Counted from the stretch's first letter, positions 47,488 through 58,590 are shown. The stretch is DNA of 60,444 nt from Anaerolineae bacterium (GCA_025454475.1 JALOOJ010000002.1:1-60444); one strand, 5' to 3'. Translations and numbers: made by a program. The notes: generated by a model not told the origin, from the sequence alone.

Positions 47488-48468
47488 CTACCACATCGTG
47501 AGAGCCATCACCGCCTTCTGCGCGTGCAACCGGTTCTCGGCTTGATCAAAGACCACCGACTGCGGACCATCCATCACGTCGTTCGTCACCTCGATGTCCC
47601 GGTCGGCGGGCAGCGGGTGCATGTAGATCGCGTCTGGTGCCGCGGACCGCATCTTGGCCGCGTCCGTGATCCAATCCTGATACTTGTCCTGCAGCTTTTT
47701 GCCTTCGACTGGGTCGTCCGTAGTCAGCAGCGGTCCCCAGGACTTGGCATAGACGACATCCGCATCCCTGAAACCCTCCTCCATATCGTGCACGATCTCG
47801 AAGCCCGTCCCATACCTCCGGGCCTGGCTCTTGGCCTCGTCGACGATCTCGGGCATCAGCATGAACTCCTCGGGATAGGCGAGCGTGACATCCATCCCAA
47901 AGCGCGGCATCTGCAGGATCAGCGACTGCGGGACCGAGATCGGCTTGAGGTACGAAGAAGCATAGGCCCACGAGACCACGATCTTCTTCTTCCGCAGGTC
48001 GCGCCCTTTCTTCTCTATGACCGTCATCAGGTCGGCCAGACACTGAAAGGGGTGGTAGACATCACACTGCATATTCAGCACCGGCGCGCGTGACGCCTCA
48101 GCGACTCCGTTCAGGTAGGCATTCCCCAACTGCCAGTCACAGTGCCGAATGGCGATACCATCGAAGTAGCGTCCGAGGATCTGCCCGATTTCGGTAGCCG
48201 TGTCGCCATGCGAAATCTGCGTCGTGCGCGACTCGATGAAGGCCGCGTGTCCACCCAACTGCGCCATACCCGACTCAAAGGAGCAGCGAGTCCGCGTACT
48301 GCTAAAGAAGAAGAGCATGCCCAGCGTCTTGTCGCGCAGGTACGGGTGGGGCTCGCCCACAGCTCGCTTACGTTTGAGATCCCAAGCCACATCGAGCACG
48401 GTCTCCACTTCCTCTTTCGAGAAGTCCAGATCGGAAATCAGGTCGCGACCACGTAGGAACGTCTGCAT
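47488..48468 (-). CDS. Carbamoyltransferase of the knotted (YgeW/AOTCase-like) type
   Basis: SSTRTR, HPFQ, SWAYASSYLKPISVPQS (knot-loop-like), YAKSW, MHPLP and QAENRLH. Confidence 0.85.
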   Translation of the reverse strand: MQTFLRGRDLISDLDFSKEEVETVLDVAWDLKRKRAVGEPHPYLRDKTLGMLFFFSSTRTRCSFESGMAQLGGHAAFIESRTTQISHGDTATEIGQILGRYFDGIAIRHCDWQLGNAYLNGVAEASRAPVLNMQCDVYHPFQCLADLMTVIEKKGRDLRKKKIVVSWAYASSYLKPISVPQSLILQMPRFGMDVTLAYPEEFMLMPEIVDEAKSQARRYGTGFEIVHDMEEGFRDADVVYAKSWGPLLTTDDPVEGKKLQDKYQDWITDAAKMRSAAPDAIYMHPLPADRDIEVTNDVMDGPQSVVFDQAENRLHAQKAVMALTMW

Positions 48469-48519
48469 CCCTCACCTCCAGGCAATATGTACAAACCGAC
48501 AATCCGCAACTACCAATCC

Positions 48520-49809
48520 TCAGTCCCCCATCGCCAATGTCTCCTCAGATAACAGCGCTGGCAGGATAGCGTAGAACTCGGCTGACTTGACCACATCATC
48601 AAGCGACACGCTGTCGTTCACTGTGTGTGCGGTCTTCTCATCACCTGGCGCAAACCCGATCGTGGGTATGCCGGCGATACCGGCCCAATAGATCCCGTTC
48701 GTACTGAAGTCCCATTTGCCCGCCGCGCCAGCCGAAGCATCCCCAAGCCGTTCTGACGGCCGCGTTCCGACGCCCGACGGCCCTAGCCCAATACGGCGGC
48801 ACGCCTCCAGCCCGGCCTGGACCAGTGGATGAGCCTCATCCAGCGCCCAGGCCGGGAAGATCTTGTCCACCTCCTTCACAAATCCGGTATAGCTGGGATC
48901 GCTGTAGCGCAGGAGCTCGACAGTGATGTCGCCAATCTCCCGGTTCGCAGAAGGAATGAGAGCACGCACGCGGTCAATCTCGGCCTCGGGGTCCTCACCG
49001 AAAGTCAGCCGGCGGTCGATGAAGGCGGTGCAGCTATTGGGAACGGCGTTAATGCTGGGCGTCTCCACCACAATGTCGGTGACCGTGATCTTGCCATGCC
49101 CGAGAAACGGATCGTCACCCAGCTCGGGCTCAAGTTGGCTGATCGCCTCGATCACGGGCAGCAGCTTGTAGATCGCGTTGTCGCCCAGCTCATTACTCGC
49201 AGCGTGCGCGCTCCTCCCCTTGGCCACGACCTGCATCTCCACACGCCCCTTGTGGCCACGATAGACTTGCATTTTCGTGGGCTCACCAACTACCACATAG
49301 TCGGGACGAATCCCCTCATCCTCCACCAGAGCACGGGGAGCGATGCCGTCACACCACTCCTCCATATTGCCGAAGTAGTACGCCGTCCATCCCTCCAATA
49401 GGCCCAGATCGCGCGCGATGGCAAGCCCGTAGACCATGCCCGGCGTGCTACCCTTCTCATCGCTCGCGCCGCGGGCGTAGAGGACGCCGTCCTCGACCTT
49501 TCCCACAAACGGATCCCAACGCCACTCGTCCGGGTCGCCAACGCCAACCGTGTCGATGTGGCTGTCGAAGAGAATCACCCGCGGCCCATCGCCGATCCGC
49601 CCGACGATGTTTCCCATACGATCGAACCGGGTCGCGTCAAACCCGAGCCGATCCATCTCGGCCCGAACTCGTCCAGCGACCTCCCGGATCTGTGAATCCA
49701 TCGAGGGGATAGCGACGAGTTCGCGCAGGAACGCGATGATGTCGGGTCGCCGCGCCTCAACCGCACGCTGCACCGCGCTCACTTCCACTACAGACTCCTG
49801 TTTCCCCAT
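48520..49809 (-). CDS. YgeY-like M20 metallo-amidohydrolase
   Basis: FDSHIDTVGVG, RGASDEKG, MEEWCDG, GEPT..VYRGHKGR and WDFSTNG...GFAPGDE..AHT. Confidence 0.87.
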   Translation of the reverse strand: MGKQESVVEVSAVQRAVEARRPDIIAFLRELVAIPSMDSQIREVAGRVRAEMDRLGFDATRFDRMGNIVGRIGDGPRVILFDSHIDTVGVGDPDEWRWDPFVGKVEDGVLYARGASDEKGSTPGMVYGLAIARDLGLLEGWTAYYFGNMEEWCDGIAPRALVEDEGIRPDYVVVGEPTKMQVYRGHKGRVEMQVVAKGRSAHAASNELGDNAIYKLLPVIEAISQLEPELGDDPFLGHGKITVTDIVVETPSINAVPNSCTAFIDRRLTFGEDPEAEIDRVRALIPSANREIGDITVELLRYSDPSYTGFVKEVDKIFPAWALDEAHPLVQAGLEACRRIGLGPSGVGTRPSERLGDASAGAAGKWDFSTNGIYWAGIAGIPTIGFAPGDEKTAHTVNDSVSLDDVVKSAEFYAILPALLSEETLAMGD

Positions 49810-49905
49810 ATCACCTCCTCCACCGGTTCTGACCGGCCTCGACCGGTGTCATTTGCGCTACATACGGCCGCGCCGACTTGGTAGCCTCGTGCTACGCCCG
49901 GGCAC

Positions 49906-50670
49906 TCACGCGCGGACCTGGCGCATCACATGGATCCTGAAATACCCAGGCACAAACGCGCTCACCGAGGCATCAACTACTTGCTCATCATAGCTATAAA
50001 GCTGAGCCACCAACAGGAGAAGCGGTGCCCCCGGCTCGACCCCTAGGCGCGTCGCCGTCGTCTGCGACGCTCGGTAGCCGCTCAGAGACAGGCCGGCCAA
50101 CTCGGCGAGGATCTCCGTCCGCGAGTGACTTAGCGGCGGCAAGCCCCGCTGGAGCAGCACATCGAGGACCGAGCCCCGGAAACTCTCATCGAGATCAGCG
50201 CGACGCAGGTATTCCACAGGCACAACGTCGGTGAGATCCGCTACCGGTTCACCCTCGACCGTGATGACACGGTCGACCGCCAGGACCTCCGTCGGTTCGG
50301 TCCGTCCAAGACGTTCCAGCTCTAACGCCGTGGCCTGACGCTCCTCGATGGCGAGGTGAGCCATCTCGGTGGTCAGCCCCAGGCGATCAGCGAGACGCTC
50401 AAGGCTTTCCAGAACCTCTAGTCCAGTCTCCAGCACAGGCAAGCGTGAGGCGACGAAAGTGCCCACACCCTGACGGCGCACGAGTAGCCCACGATCAGCA
50501 AACGTACGCAGCACCTCTCGGAGCGTAGGACGCGACACGCCAAGCTGCCGGGCTAGCTCCGGCTCGGGTGGTAGCTGATCTCCTGGACGCTGTTGCTGAA
50601 TCAGAATCGAAAGAGCTGCCTCAACCTGGTCCCGTGTGGAGCGAACCTTGGGCAGAGCATTGAGAACCAT
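49906..50670 (-). CDS. GntR-family (HutC/UTRA) transcriptional regulator
   Basis: LPPEPELARQLGVSRPTLRE...RRQGVGTFV wHTH followed by a UTRA domain. GGAGG RBS. Confidence 0.92.
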   Translation of the reverse strand: MVLNALPKVRSTRDQVEAALSILIQQQRPGDQLPPEPELARQLGVSRPTLREVLRTFADRGLLVRRQGVGTFVASRLPVLETGLEVLESLERLADRLGLTTEMAHLAIEERQATALELERLGRTEPTEVLAVDRVITVEGEPVADLTDVVPVEYLRRADLDESFRGSVLDVLLQRGLPPLSHSRTEILAELAGLSLSGYRASQTTATRLGVEPGAPLLLLVAQLYSYDEQVVDASVSAFVPGYFRIHVMRQVRA

Positions 50671-50693
50671 TGTAAGCCTCCACCTCCATTATA

Positions 50694-50709
50694 TGTCAGA
50701 CAACTGACA
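50694..50709. promoter_or_regulatory. Candidate GntR operator (inverted repeat)
   Basis: TGTCAG-ACAA-CTGACA, 23 nt upstream of the GntR start. Related half-sites at ~50730 (TGTCAG) and ~50797 (TGTCTGAC). Confidence 0.6.
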
Positions 50710-50853
50710 GGTCAAAAAACGGGAACCATTGTCAGGACCAGAGCGTCTAGAAGAGGAAGCGGTGGGCCGCGACGGCTTCACTATGTGTGCGTACTATGTC
50801 TGACGCCGTCGGTCAGGCTATAATCATAAGGACTATGGATATCAGGAGGTAAT

Positions 50854-52614
50854 ATGCACAGGCCAATCTCACTAGGTATGACGCTCGTGCTGTCGCTGGC
50901 CCTCTTGGGCAGCTCGCTCAGCACCCCGCGCCCGGTATCTGCGGCCGCACACCTGTACTCTTCTGGACAGTGGTATGCTGAGTACTTCGCCAATACCGCT
51001 CTTAGCGGTAGCGTGGCTCTGACACGCTACGAGTCCGATATCAACCATGATTGGGGCACCGGCGGCCCCGGCTCAGGGATCCCCAACGATGGGTTCTCCG
51101 CGCGCTTCACACAAGACGTCTGGTTTGAGAATGCCACCTACCGTTTCACCTATCGCTCCGACGATGGTATGCGTATGTGGATCAATGACGTTCTCGTCAT
51201 CGACAACTGGGGCGACCATGCCGCGGAATGGAAGACTCGGGACTACGCCGTAAACGGCGGGACGGCGCGCGTCCGCATCGAGTACTACGAGGCTTGGGGC
51301 ACCGCGCTCATGCAGATTGGGTGGGAGAAGCTCCAGAGCGGGGCAGTCTGGGATGCACTCTTCTGGAACAACACCGCCCATTCCGGTAACGCCGTCCACG
51401 GGCGAAGAGATGCCGCCATCGACTTCAACTGGGGCACCGGCAGTCCGGATCCCAAGGTCTCGGCGGACAACTTCTCAGCCCGGTGGAGCCGCACGCTTGG
51501 GTTCCAGGCTGGCAGATACCGCTTCTATGCTAGCAGCGATGATGGGGTGCGCATCTATGTCGATGGGCAGCGCATCGTCGACGCGTGGAAGAAGCAGACG
51601 CTGCCCAACACACACTACGCCGACATCTCGCTTGGGGCAGGTAACCACACTGTCACCGTGGAGTATTTCGAAGAGGGCGGCAATGCCGCGATCGCGGTCT
51701 GGTGGGATCGCATTGACGGACTGAGAGGATGGGAGGGCCGTTACTACGACAATCGGGAGCTGCGCGGTGCACCAGGCATGATCCGTGACGACGCCGAGAT
51801 CAACTTCGACTGGGGCCAGGGAGCACCGGCGAGCTGGATGGCAAGTGACAACTTCTCGGTGCGATGGGTGCGCACGTTCAACCTGCCCGCGGGCCTATAC
51901 CGCTTCAACGCCCGCTCCGACGACGGGGTCCGGCTGTGGATCGAGCCAAGCATTGGCGACATCGATCTGAAACTCGACCACTGGGCACCCCAGACACTGA
52001 CGTGGCACTATCAGGACTGGCACTGGCTCGAGGGACAGCACACGCTGCGGGTTGAGTACTTCGAGGGCAATGGATCGGCGAGCGTGCAGTTCTGGTGGGA
52101 CTATGCTGCAACGGTGGAGGCAGCCCGTGCAATGGCCCCATCGCCAACCTACCGGTCGACCACGGTCATCGCCCCAGCTCCGAGCACACCAGCGCCCAGT
52201 GCTCCCGGCAGCGGTGGACCCACAACCGTACAACTTCCTGGGCCATGGCAGGGCGAGTACTTCGCAACACGTGATATGACCAAGGCACCGGTCCTCGTTA
52301 GGACTGACACGACGGTTGACTTTGATTGGGGCTGGAACTCGCCAGCTGAGGGCATACCTGCTAACCAGTTCGCTGTGCGCTGGACGGGTGCCTTTGCTGT
52401 CGAGGGCGGACGCTACCGCCTCACCACATCAACGGATGATGGCGTGCGCCTGTATGTCGATAACCGTATCGTGCTCGATAGCTGGCGCCCTATGCGTGGT
52501 ATACGGTCCACCACGGTGCAGTTGGCCCCAGGACAGCACACGATCCGAATGGAATACTTCGAGGCGACGCAAGCCGCCAAGGCCAGGCTGACCTGGCAGC
52601 GTCTGGGTCCGTAG
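50854..52614 (+). CDS. Secreted protein with four PA14 domains
   Basis: Signal peptide and four repeats of W.xEYF/Y.N...I(N/D)FxWG...FS(A/V)RW...SDDGxR...(I/V)EY(F/Y)E. Pro-rich linker before the fourth repeat. Confidence 0.88.
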   Translation: MHRPISLGMTLVLSLALLGSSLSTPRPVSAAAHLYSSGQWYAEYFANTALSGSVALTRYESDINHDWGTGGPGSGIPNDGFSARFTQDVWFENATYRFTYRSDDGMRMWINDVLVIDNWGDHAAEWKTRDYAVNGGTARVRIEYYEAWGTALMQIGWEKLQSGAVWDALFWNNTAHSGNAVHGRRDAAIDFNWGTGSPDPKVSADNFSARWSRTLGFQAGRYRFYASSDDGVRIYVDGQRIVDAWKKQTLPNTHYADISLGAGNHTVTVEYFEEGGNAAIAVWWDRIDGLRGWEGRYYDNRELRGAPGMIRDDAEINFDWGQGAPASWMASDNFSVRWVRTFNLPAGLYRFNARSDDGVRLWIEPSIGDIDLKLDHWAPQTLTWHYQDWHWLEGQHTLRVEYFEGNGSASVQFWWDYAATVEAARAMAPSPTYRSTTVIAPAPSTPAPSAPGSGGPTTVQLPGPWQGEYFATRDMTKAPVLVRTDTTVDFDWGWNSPAEGIPANQFAVRWTGAFAVEGGRYRLTTSTDDGVRLYVDNRIVLDSWRPMRGIRSTTVQLAPGQHTIRMEYFEATQAAKARLTWQRLGP

Positions 52615-52634
52615 CGCCATCGGTCTCCGAGGTT

Positions 52635-52672
52635 CGTGCACCCCCGGGAGGAATACCGGGGGTGCACGTTTT
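52635..52672 (+). terminator. Intrinsic terminator
   Basis: CGTGCACCCCCGG-gaggaata-CCGGGGGTGCACG followed by TTTT. Confidence 0.85.
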
Positions 52673-52766
52673 CCCGGAGCTGCTGTCTTGCGTGCAGGAC
52701 GTCCATAACTGCCTATAATGGCCACTCAGGGCATTCACCGGCATACGTTCACACGAAAGGATCGCT

Positions 52767-53672
52767 ATGGAGCCCAATCCCCTTCTGAAAGCCCTTGGTT
52801 TGTCCGACTCGGACCGGGTCGTCCTGATCCACACCGACGACATCGGTATGTGCCATGCCTCGTTGGCTGCCTACATGGACCTGACCCAAACGGAGCTCAC
52901 CTTTTCTGGTTCGACCATGGTGCCGTGTCCCTGGTTGCCGGCGACAGCCCGGTTCTGCGTCGAACATCCGGGCCGTGTGGACATGGGCGTACATATCACG
53001 CTGACCAGCGAGTGGCGAGGCACGTACCGTTGGGGACCCGCTGCGCCGTGGACGTCGGACGATGGACTTGTCGACGAAAGCGGCTATCTCCACGGAGCGA
53101 CTGCCGAAGCGCAGGCCAGGGCCCGTCCCGAGGCGGTGCGCCGCGAGATCGCCGCCCAGGTCCAGCGTGCACTGGACGCCGGCATTGATGTAACCCATAT
53201 CGACACCCACATGGGGACTGTCTTCTGGCCGGCCTTCCTCGAGCCCTACGTCCAGACCGCGCTGGAGCGCGGCATCCCCCCCTTCCTGGTGCGTGCAACG
53301 CCTGAGCTGCTCGCGTCCCGAGGCCTACGAGGCCCAATAGCCGAGGGCCTCGCCGCCCGTGTTGTTGACCTGGAAGCCCGCGGGCTCCCGCTCTTCGATG
53401 ACGTCCGTTCGACGCAGTTTAGCGCCGCTGACAACCACCTGAAACAGGTGACGCGCGTCTTGAGCGACCTCCATCCTGGCCTGACGTACCTCATCACCCA
53501 TCCGTCCATAGATACCCCAGAGCTGCGAGCGATCATGCCGGAGCGCTGGCAGGAACGCGCAGCCGATTTCCAGGTGCTGATGAGTGTACAGCTTCGCAGT
53601 TTCCTTACCGATCAGGGCATCCATGCGATCACATGGCGTGCCTTGCGTGACCTGATGCGTTCGAAGATCTAG
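52767..53672 (+). CDS. ChbG/HpnK/YdjC-family carbohydrate deacetylase
   Basis: IHTDDIG, GVHITLTSEW, THIDTHMG and ITHP. Confidence 0.87.
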   Translation: MEPNPLLKALGLSDSDRVVLIHTDDIGMCHASLAAYMDLTQTELTFSGSTMVPCPWLPATARFCVEHPGRVDMGVHITLTSEWRGTYRWGPAAPWTSDDGLVDESGYLHGATAEAQARARPEAVRREIAAQVQRALDAGIDVTHIDTHMGTVFWPAFLEPYVQTALERGIPPFLVRATPELLASRGLRGPIAEGLAARVVDLEARGLPLFDDVRSTQFSAADNHLKQVTRVLSDLHPGLTYLITHPSIDTPELRAIMPERWQERAADFQVLMSVQLRSFLTDQGIHAITWRALRDLMRSKI

Positions 53673-53692
53673 GCCCCATACGGAGGGAGAGA

Positions 53693-55195
53693 ATGAAGAC
53701 CCCATCTGCAGCAGGTGTCTCCGCAAGCACCAGTTCCGACGCCGGTTCTGACGCCGGTTCTGACGCCGGTTCTGACGCCGGTTCTGACGCCGGTTCTGAC
53801 GCCGGTTCTGACCGCGCAGTCCGCCTAAGTTTGGGCTATAAGGTCCAGTGGGGTGTTGCCGCACTGGGCACATCCTTCGTGTCAGGCACCTATGGCGCGC
53901 TGTTGCCGATCTTCTACCAGGACTACCTGGGCCTCACCGCGCGCTGGATCGCCATCGCCTCCACCCTCTACGCGATCTGGAACGCAATCAACGATCCGCT
54001 CTTTGGCTACATCACCGACAGTACCAAGTCACGACACGGGCGTCGCATCCCGTATATGCGGTTCACCGCACCCTTCCTGGCACTCACCTTCATCTTGGTA
54101 TGGTTTGCGCCACAGAACGCCGGACAGCCTGCCATCTTTGGCTGGATGCTCGCCACGATGCTGCTCTACGACACCGCCTACACGATTATCGGCTTGGTCT
54201 ACTCGGCGTTGTTGCCTGAGATCTCGGAATCCGACGCCGAACGGAACGGCCTGCAGATCTCATCGTCGCTCTTCGGCCTGCTGGGCATGATCTTGGGCTT
54301 CCTCATCCCCGACTTCTTCCGCCCCAAAGCTGGTATGTCGCCTTCATTCGTCCCCCTCCAGGTCTCGATGATCGCCGTAGGTATCTTCAGCGCCTTAATG
54401 ATCATCGTCACGACGCTACGGGTGCGCGAGCGCCCGGAATTCCACCAGGGCGACGAGCCACTGAAGCTTGGGCCGGCCTTCAAGTACACCATCACCAGTC
54501 GCTCGTTCCTTGTCCTGGTCGCCCAGAACTTCATGTCAATCCTGATGCAGGCGCTCCTCTTGGGCGCCGTGTTCTACCTGGCCGACTATGTTCTCCAGAT
54601 CAACGCGATGATCCTTGTGGCATGCCTCTTCGTCTCATTGATCATCGGCGTGCCGATGACCTCCGTACTTCGGCGACGGCTCGGAGTCGTTGGTTCCCAA
54701 CGGCTGCTGTTGCTGATCGCCGGGGTAGCCCTAATCTCCGTCGTGGTGGTCCCCACACAACTCATCCCCCTGTGTTTGATCGCTGCAGGGTTCGGCTTAG
54801 CGGGACCGCAGACTCTCACCAATGTCTTGTTCGCGCAGGTCACCGACGAGGATGAGCTGCGTTCAGGCGTCCGCCGCGAAGGCGCCTTCTTCGGTGTCAA
54901 CGCGCTTTTGACCAAGCCGGCCCAGTCCGTTGCACTCGCCCTGATACCCTTCGTGCTCGAGGCCACAGGGTTCATTACGCGTGAAGCCAACCAGGGCCAA
55001 ATCATGCTGGAACAGCCGGCAAGCGCTATCCAGGGCATCAAAATCCTCGCCGGCCTGATCCCGGGAGCAGCGATGATCCTGGGCGCGATCATACTGCAGT
55101 GGTATCCGCTTCAAGGCGCGTATCTGCAGAAGGTGCAACGGGAGGTGCTCGACCTCCACGCGCAGAAACATGCAAGACAGGGAGCCGGGCGGTAG
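53693..55195 (+). CDS. MFS transporter, glycoside-pentoside-hexuronide (MelB-like) family
   Basis: WNAINDPLFGYITD...GRRIPY, DEDELRSGVRREG and ~12 TM segments. Confidence 0.9.
   Translation: MKTPSAAGVSASTSSDAGSDAGSDAGSDAGSDAGSDAGSDRAVRLSLGYKVQWGVAALGTSFVSGTYGALLPIFYQDYLGLTARWIAIASTLYAIWNAINDPLFGYITDSTKSRHGRRIPYMRFTAPFLALTFILVWFAPQNAGQPAIFGWMLATMLLYDTAYTIIGLVYSALLPEISESDAERNGLQISSSLFGLLGMILGFLIPDFFRPKAGMSPSFVPLQVSMIAVGIFSALMIIVTTLRVRERPEFHQGDEPLKLGPAFKYTITSRSFLVLVAQNFMSILMQALLLGAVFYLADYVLQINAMILVACLFVSLIIGVPMTSVLRRRLGVVGSQRLLLLIAGVALISVVVVPTQLIPLCLIAAGFGLAGPQTLTNVLFAQVTDEDELRSGVRREGAFFGVNALLTKPAQSVALALIPFVLEATGFITREANQGQIMLEQPASAIQGIKILAGLIPGAAMILGAIILQWYPLQGAYLQKVQREVLDLHAQKHARQGAGR
53733..53815 (+). 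repeat. 12-bp tandem repeat x6.9, in frame (SDAG)n
   Basis: GTTCCGACGCCG, then (GTTCTGACGCCG)x5, then GTTCTGACCGC. Confidence 0.95.
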
Positions 55196-55254
55196 CAGGG
55201 CAGAAGAAACGCGGTAGACTACCAAGTCCAATAGACTTGAGTTCTGAGGGAAAC

Positions 55255-56790
55255 ATGGCCACACAAATGATTCAGGGGCCATCGCGCAAGCAGGGAAGTG
55301 TGCTCAGCGCCGCCGGTACAGCGGCGGTGCTTCTTGTCTTGCTACTCGGTGTGACAGCCTTCTGCGGCTGGGTCTTTGTGCAGCGGACGAACCGGATCTA
55401 CGAAGGCGTCATCTACCCCAATGTGTATGCGCTTGGGATTCACCTGGGAGGTTATTCGCCGGAGGAAGCAGCGACTACGCTGGAAACCGTGGCCGACCAG
55501 GTTGATACCGGAATGCTGGTACTCACGGACGGCGACAGGCAGTGGTCTTTCCCGTGGACGCTCGGTGGCCTCCGCGTGGATACGTTGGGAACCGCACAGG
55601 CCGCCTATAAGGTGGGGCGCGGCGGCTCGTGGCTGGAACAGATCGAGATCTGGCTCTACTACCACGACGTGGCTCCACTCTTTCTATTTGACACGACTTC
55701 TGCGCGTGAATTGCTCGCCGAGGTCGATCGTGAGGCTACGCAGCCGACCATCGACCCCACCTTGAAACTCGAACAGGGCGAGGTTGTCATCGTTCCGGGA
55801 CAGACTGGACGTGTGTTGGACATTCCGACCACGCTGGCCCGGCTTCGCGAGGTCGGCGGCACACCGTACCGGGTAGAGGTGCCCCTAGCCTTCGAGGTCA
55901 TCCCACCTGCGGAGTTGGACACCGGCGATATTCTCGAACAGGCGGATGCCCTCCTGGCGCGCCAGATCACGGTGATGACCCACGACGTCCTCACCGATGA
56001 GACACTGAGTTGGACGCTTGGGCGAGACGAGATAGCCGATTGGCTGTACCTGGTTCCGGGCGAGGGCGGCAGACCTTCGGTGGACATGAATCGGTACGCC
56101 ATTCGCGACACGCTCATTCGACTTGCAGAAGGGATGGGCGAAGGCCGGGGATTCCGCTATGACGAAGCCGCGATCAAGGTCTTCCAGGCGCTTGAGTCCG
56201 GCCAGAACGTGCTCTGGCTCTATCTGACGCACGGCGAGAGGACCTACACCGTGGTGGCTGGCGACACGCTCACCAGCCTCTCAGCGAAGTTCGGGATGCC
56301 CGCGGGATTGGTCGCCGAGGCCAACCGAGACATCGACATCGACAAGCTCCTCGTGGGACAGCAGATCCGCATCCCCTCGCAGGACGTGCTGACCCCCAAT
56401 ATGCCGGTGATCGGCAAGAAGATCATTGTTAGCCTCGCCGAGCAGCGGACGCGCGTCTATGAGAACGGGCAGTTGCTGTGGGACTGGCCTGTATCAACAG
56501 GCATCAAGGACTCACCTACCCACGCAGGCACCTTCCAAGTCTTGGGCAAGTACGAGGAGGCCTATGCCTCACAGTGGGATCTCTGGATGCCCTACTTCAT
56601 CGCCGTCTATCCAGCAGGGGGCGGCGTCGAGAACGGCTTCCACGAGTTGCCGATCCTTGCGAGCGGCAACCGACTGTGGGAGGGGTCGCTTGGGCGCCCC
56701 GCATCCTTTGGCTGTATTATCCTCGGGATTCCGGCGGCGGAGACCCTCTACAACTGGGCCGAGGTAGGGATCACCGTAGTTATCGAGTAG
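55255..56790 (+). CDS. L,D-transpeptidase (YkuD) with N-terminal TM, putative PG-binding region and LysM
   Basis: TM anchor, Lys[18 protein letters not shown], and Yku[10 protein letters not shown]...VSTG...GFHELP...SFGCI. Confidence 0.88.
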   Translation: MATQMIQGPSRKQGSVLSAAGTAAVLLVLLLGVTAFCGWVFVQRTNRIYEGVIYPNVYALGIHLGGYSPEEAATTLETVADQVDTGMLVLTDGDRQWSFPWTLGGLRVDTLGTAQAAYKVGRGGSWLEQIEIWLYYHDVAPLFLFDTTSARELLAEVDREATQPTIDPTLKLEQGEVVIVPGQTGRVLDIPTTLARLREVGGTPYRVEVPLAFEVIPPAELDTGDILEQADALLARQITVMTHDVLTDETLSWTLGRDEIADWLYLVPGEGGRPSVDMNRYAIRDTLIRLAEGMGEGRGFRYDEAAIKVFQALESGQNVLWLYLTHGERTYTVVAGDTLTSLSAKFGMPAGLVAEANRDIDIDKLLVGQQIRIPSQDVLTPNMPVIGKKIIVSLAEQRTRVYENGQLLWDWPVSTGIKDSPTHAGTFQVLGKYEEAYASQWDLWMPYFIAVYPAGGGVENGFHELPILASGNRLWEGSLGRPASFGCIILGIPAAETLYNWAEVGITVVIE

Positions 56791-58492
56791 CCCGGCCTGT
56801 GTCTTTGGGGGTACCCGTATCCTTCAATGCTAAAGCGGCCGCCACAATGGCTTGCGCCTCCTCCTGTATCCGCAGCAGGTGGTCGGGGCCCTGGAAGCTC
56901 TCTGCATAGATCTTGTAGATGTCCTCCGTACCCGACGGGCGCGCGGCAAACCAGCCGTGGTCGGTCACCAACTTGAGCCCACCAATCGGTGCATCGTTGC
57001 ATGGCGCGCGGGTCAACTTGGCCGTGATTGGATCCCCCGCGAGCTCGCGTGCTTCGACCATTCCAGGAGACAGGTGCGCCAGAATCTGCTTCTGTTCCGG
57101 ATTGGCGACGGCATCGATGCGCGCATACGCAGAGCGACCGAACCGCTCCTCCAGCGTCTGGTAGATCTCACCCGGATCACGTTCGGTGCGAGCGGTGATC
57201 TCCGCGGCGAGCAAGCTGAGGAGTATGCCATCCTTGTCGGTCGTCCACACCGTGCCGTCGCGCCGGAGAAATGAGGCTCCGGCGCTCTCCTCTCCGCCAA
57301 AGCCAAGCGACCCCGCGTAGAGCCCCGGCGCGAAGTACTTGAAACCCACCGGCACTTCGCACAGCATACGCCCCAGCGAAGCCACGACACGGTCGATCAC
57401 CGAGCTCGAGACCAACGTCTTGCCCACCGCAACATCTTGGCCCCATGCCGGCCGATTTTGGAACAGGTACCAGATGGCCACAGCAAGATAATGGTTGGGG
57501 TTCATGAGCCCAACACTCGGGGTGACGATGCCGTGCCGATCGCCATCGGGATCTGAGCCGAACGCGACATCGAACCTGTCGCGCAGGGCAATCAGACTGG
57601 TCATTGCGTAGGGCGAGGAGCAGTCCATACGTATCTTCCCATCGTGGTCCACGGTCATGAAGGCGAAGGTTGGATCAACGACAGGGTTGACCATCTCGAG
57701 GTCCAGCCCGTATTCCTCAGCGATTGGCGCCCAGAACCCCACTGTGGCGCCGCCCAGGGGATCGACCCCGATCTTGAGTCCCGCGGCAGCGATGACCTTC
57801 ATGTCGATGACGTTGGCAAGGTCAGCCACGTAGGGGTGAACGTAGTCGTGATAGTGGGTCGTCTCAGCAACGAGCGCTTTCTCCAGCGCCATGCGGCGGA
57901 CCCCTTTCATGGCGTTGCTCATGATCTCGTTGGCCAGGTCCTGGATGCGGCGAGTCGTATCGCTGCCCGCCGGGCCACCCTCGGGCGGGTTGTACTTGAA
58001 CCCACCGTCGGACGGTGGGTTGTGCGATGGTGTGATCACCACGCCGTCAGCCCGTCCCATCTGACGCCGGTCCTGACTGCCACGATTGTGCGCCAGGATG
58101 GCGTGGGAAACTGCCGGCGTTGGCGTGTAGCCAAAGTCGTGGCGATCAGAACCGCATTGCACCATGATGTCCACGCCGTTGGCTGCAAACACCTCGATCG
58201 CTGTATAGAGTGCCGGTTCTGAAAGCGCGTGGGTGTCCATGCCCAAGTACAGCGGCCCGGTGATACCATCAGCCCGACGGATCTGACAGACCGCCTGAGC
58301 CGTTGCAAGAACATGGTCCTCATTGAAACTACAGGTTAACGACGTGCCCCTGTGTCCCGAGGTGCCGAATGCAACACGCTCAGCCTGCTCAACTGGGCTA
58401 GGATGGCTCGCATAGTATCGGGAGACCAGCCGCGGAACATTCTCGAGCAACTCCTGCGGTGCCTTCTTGCCTGCCAGTGCACTGATACTCAT
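56780..58492 (-). CDS. pgm: Phosphoglucomutase (alpha-D-glucose-1,6-bisphosphate-dependent)
   Basis: [26 protein letters not shown] and RPSGTE. AGGAGG RBS before ATG 58492. Confidence 0.95.
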   Translation of the reverse strand: MSISALAGKKAPQELLENVPRLVSRYYASHPSPVEQAERVAFGTSGHRGTSLTCSFNEDHVLATAQAVCQIRRADGITGPLYLGMDTHALSEPALYTAIEVFAANGVDIMVQCGSDRHDFGYTPTPAVSHAILAHNRGSQDRRQMGRADGVVITPSHNPPSDGGFKYNPPEGGPAGSDTTRRIQDLANEIMSNAMKGVRRMALEKALVAETTHYHDYVHPYVADLANVIDMKVIAAAGLKIGVDPLGGATVGFWAPIAEEYGLDLEMVNPVVDPTFAFMTVDHDGKIRMDCSSPYAMTSLIALRDRFDVAFGSDPDGDRHGIVTPSVGLMNPNHYLAVAIWYLFQNRPAWGQDVAVGKTLVSSSVIDRVVASLGRMLCEVPVGFKYFAPGLYAGSLGFGGEESAGASFLRRDGTVWTTDKDGILLSLLAAEITARTERDPGEIYQTLEERFGRSAYARIDAVANPEQKQILAHLSPGMVEARELAGDPITAKLTRAPCNDAPIGGLKLVTDHGWFAARPSGTEDIYKIYAESFQGPDHLLRIQEEAQAIVAAALALKDTGTPKDTGRATR

Positions 58493-58590
58493 GGCCTTGC
58501 CTCCTTGCCTGGGTCGCCGTCGCGGGCTATCGGGAACAGTACCTTCCTGCTGTACGCTATACAATGCCGGCGTGTGGTTGGTGACCCTAC

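Noticed and set aside
45143-48468. Gene symbols thrC and argF/arcB
   Set aside because: The catabolic context and the knotted-type loop make housekeeping threonine or arginine functions uncertain, and no arginine deiminase is present in the window.
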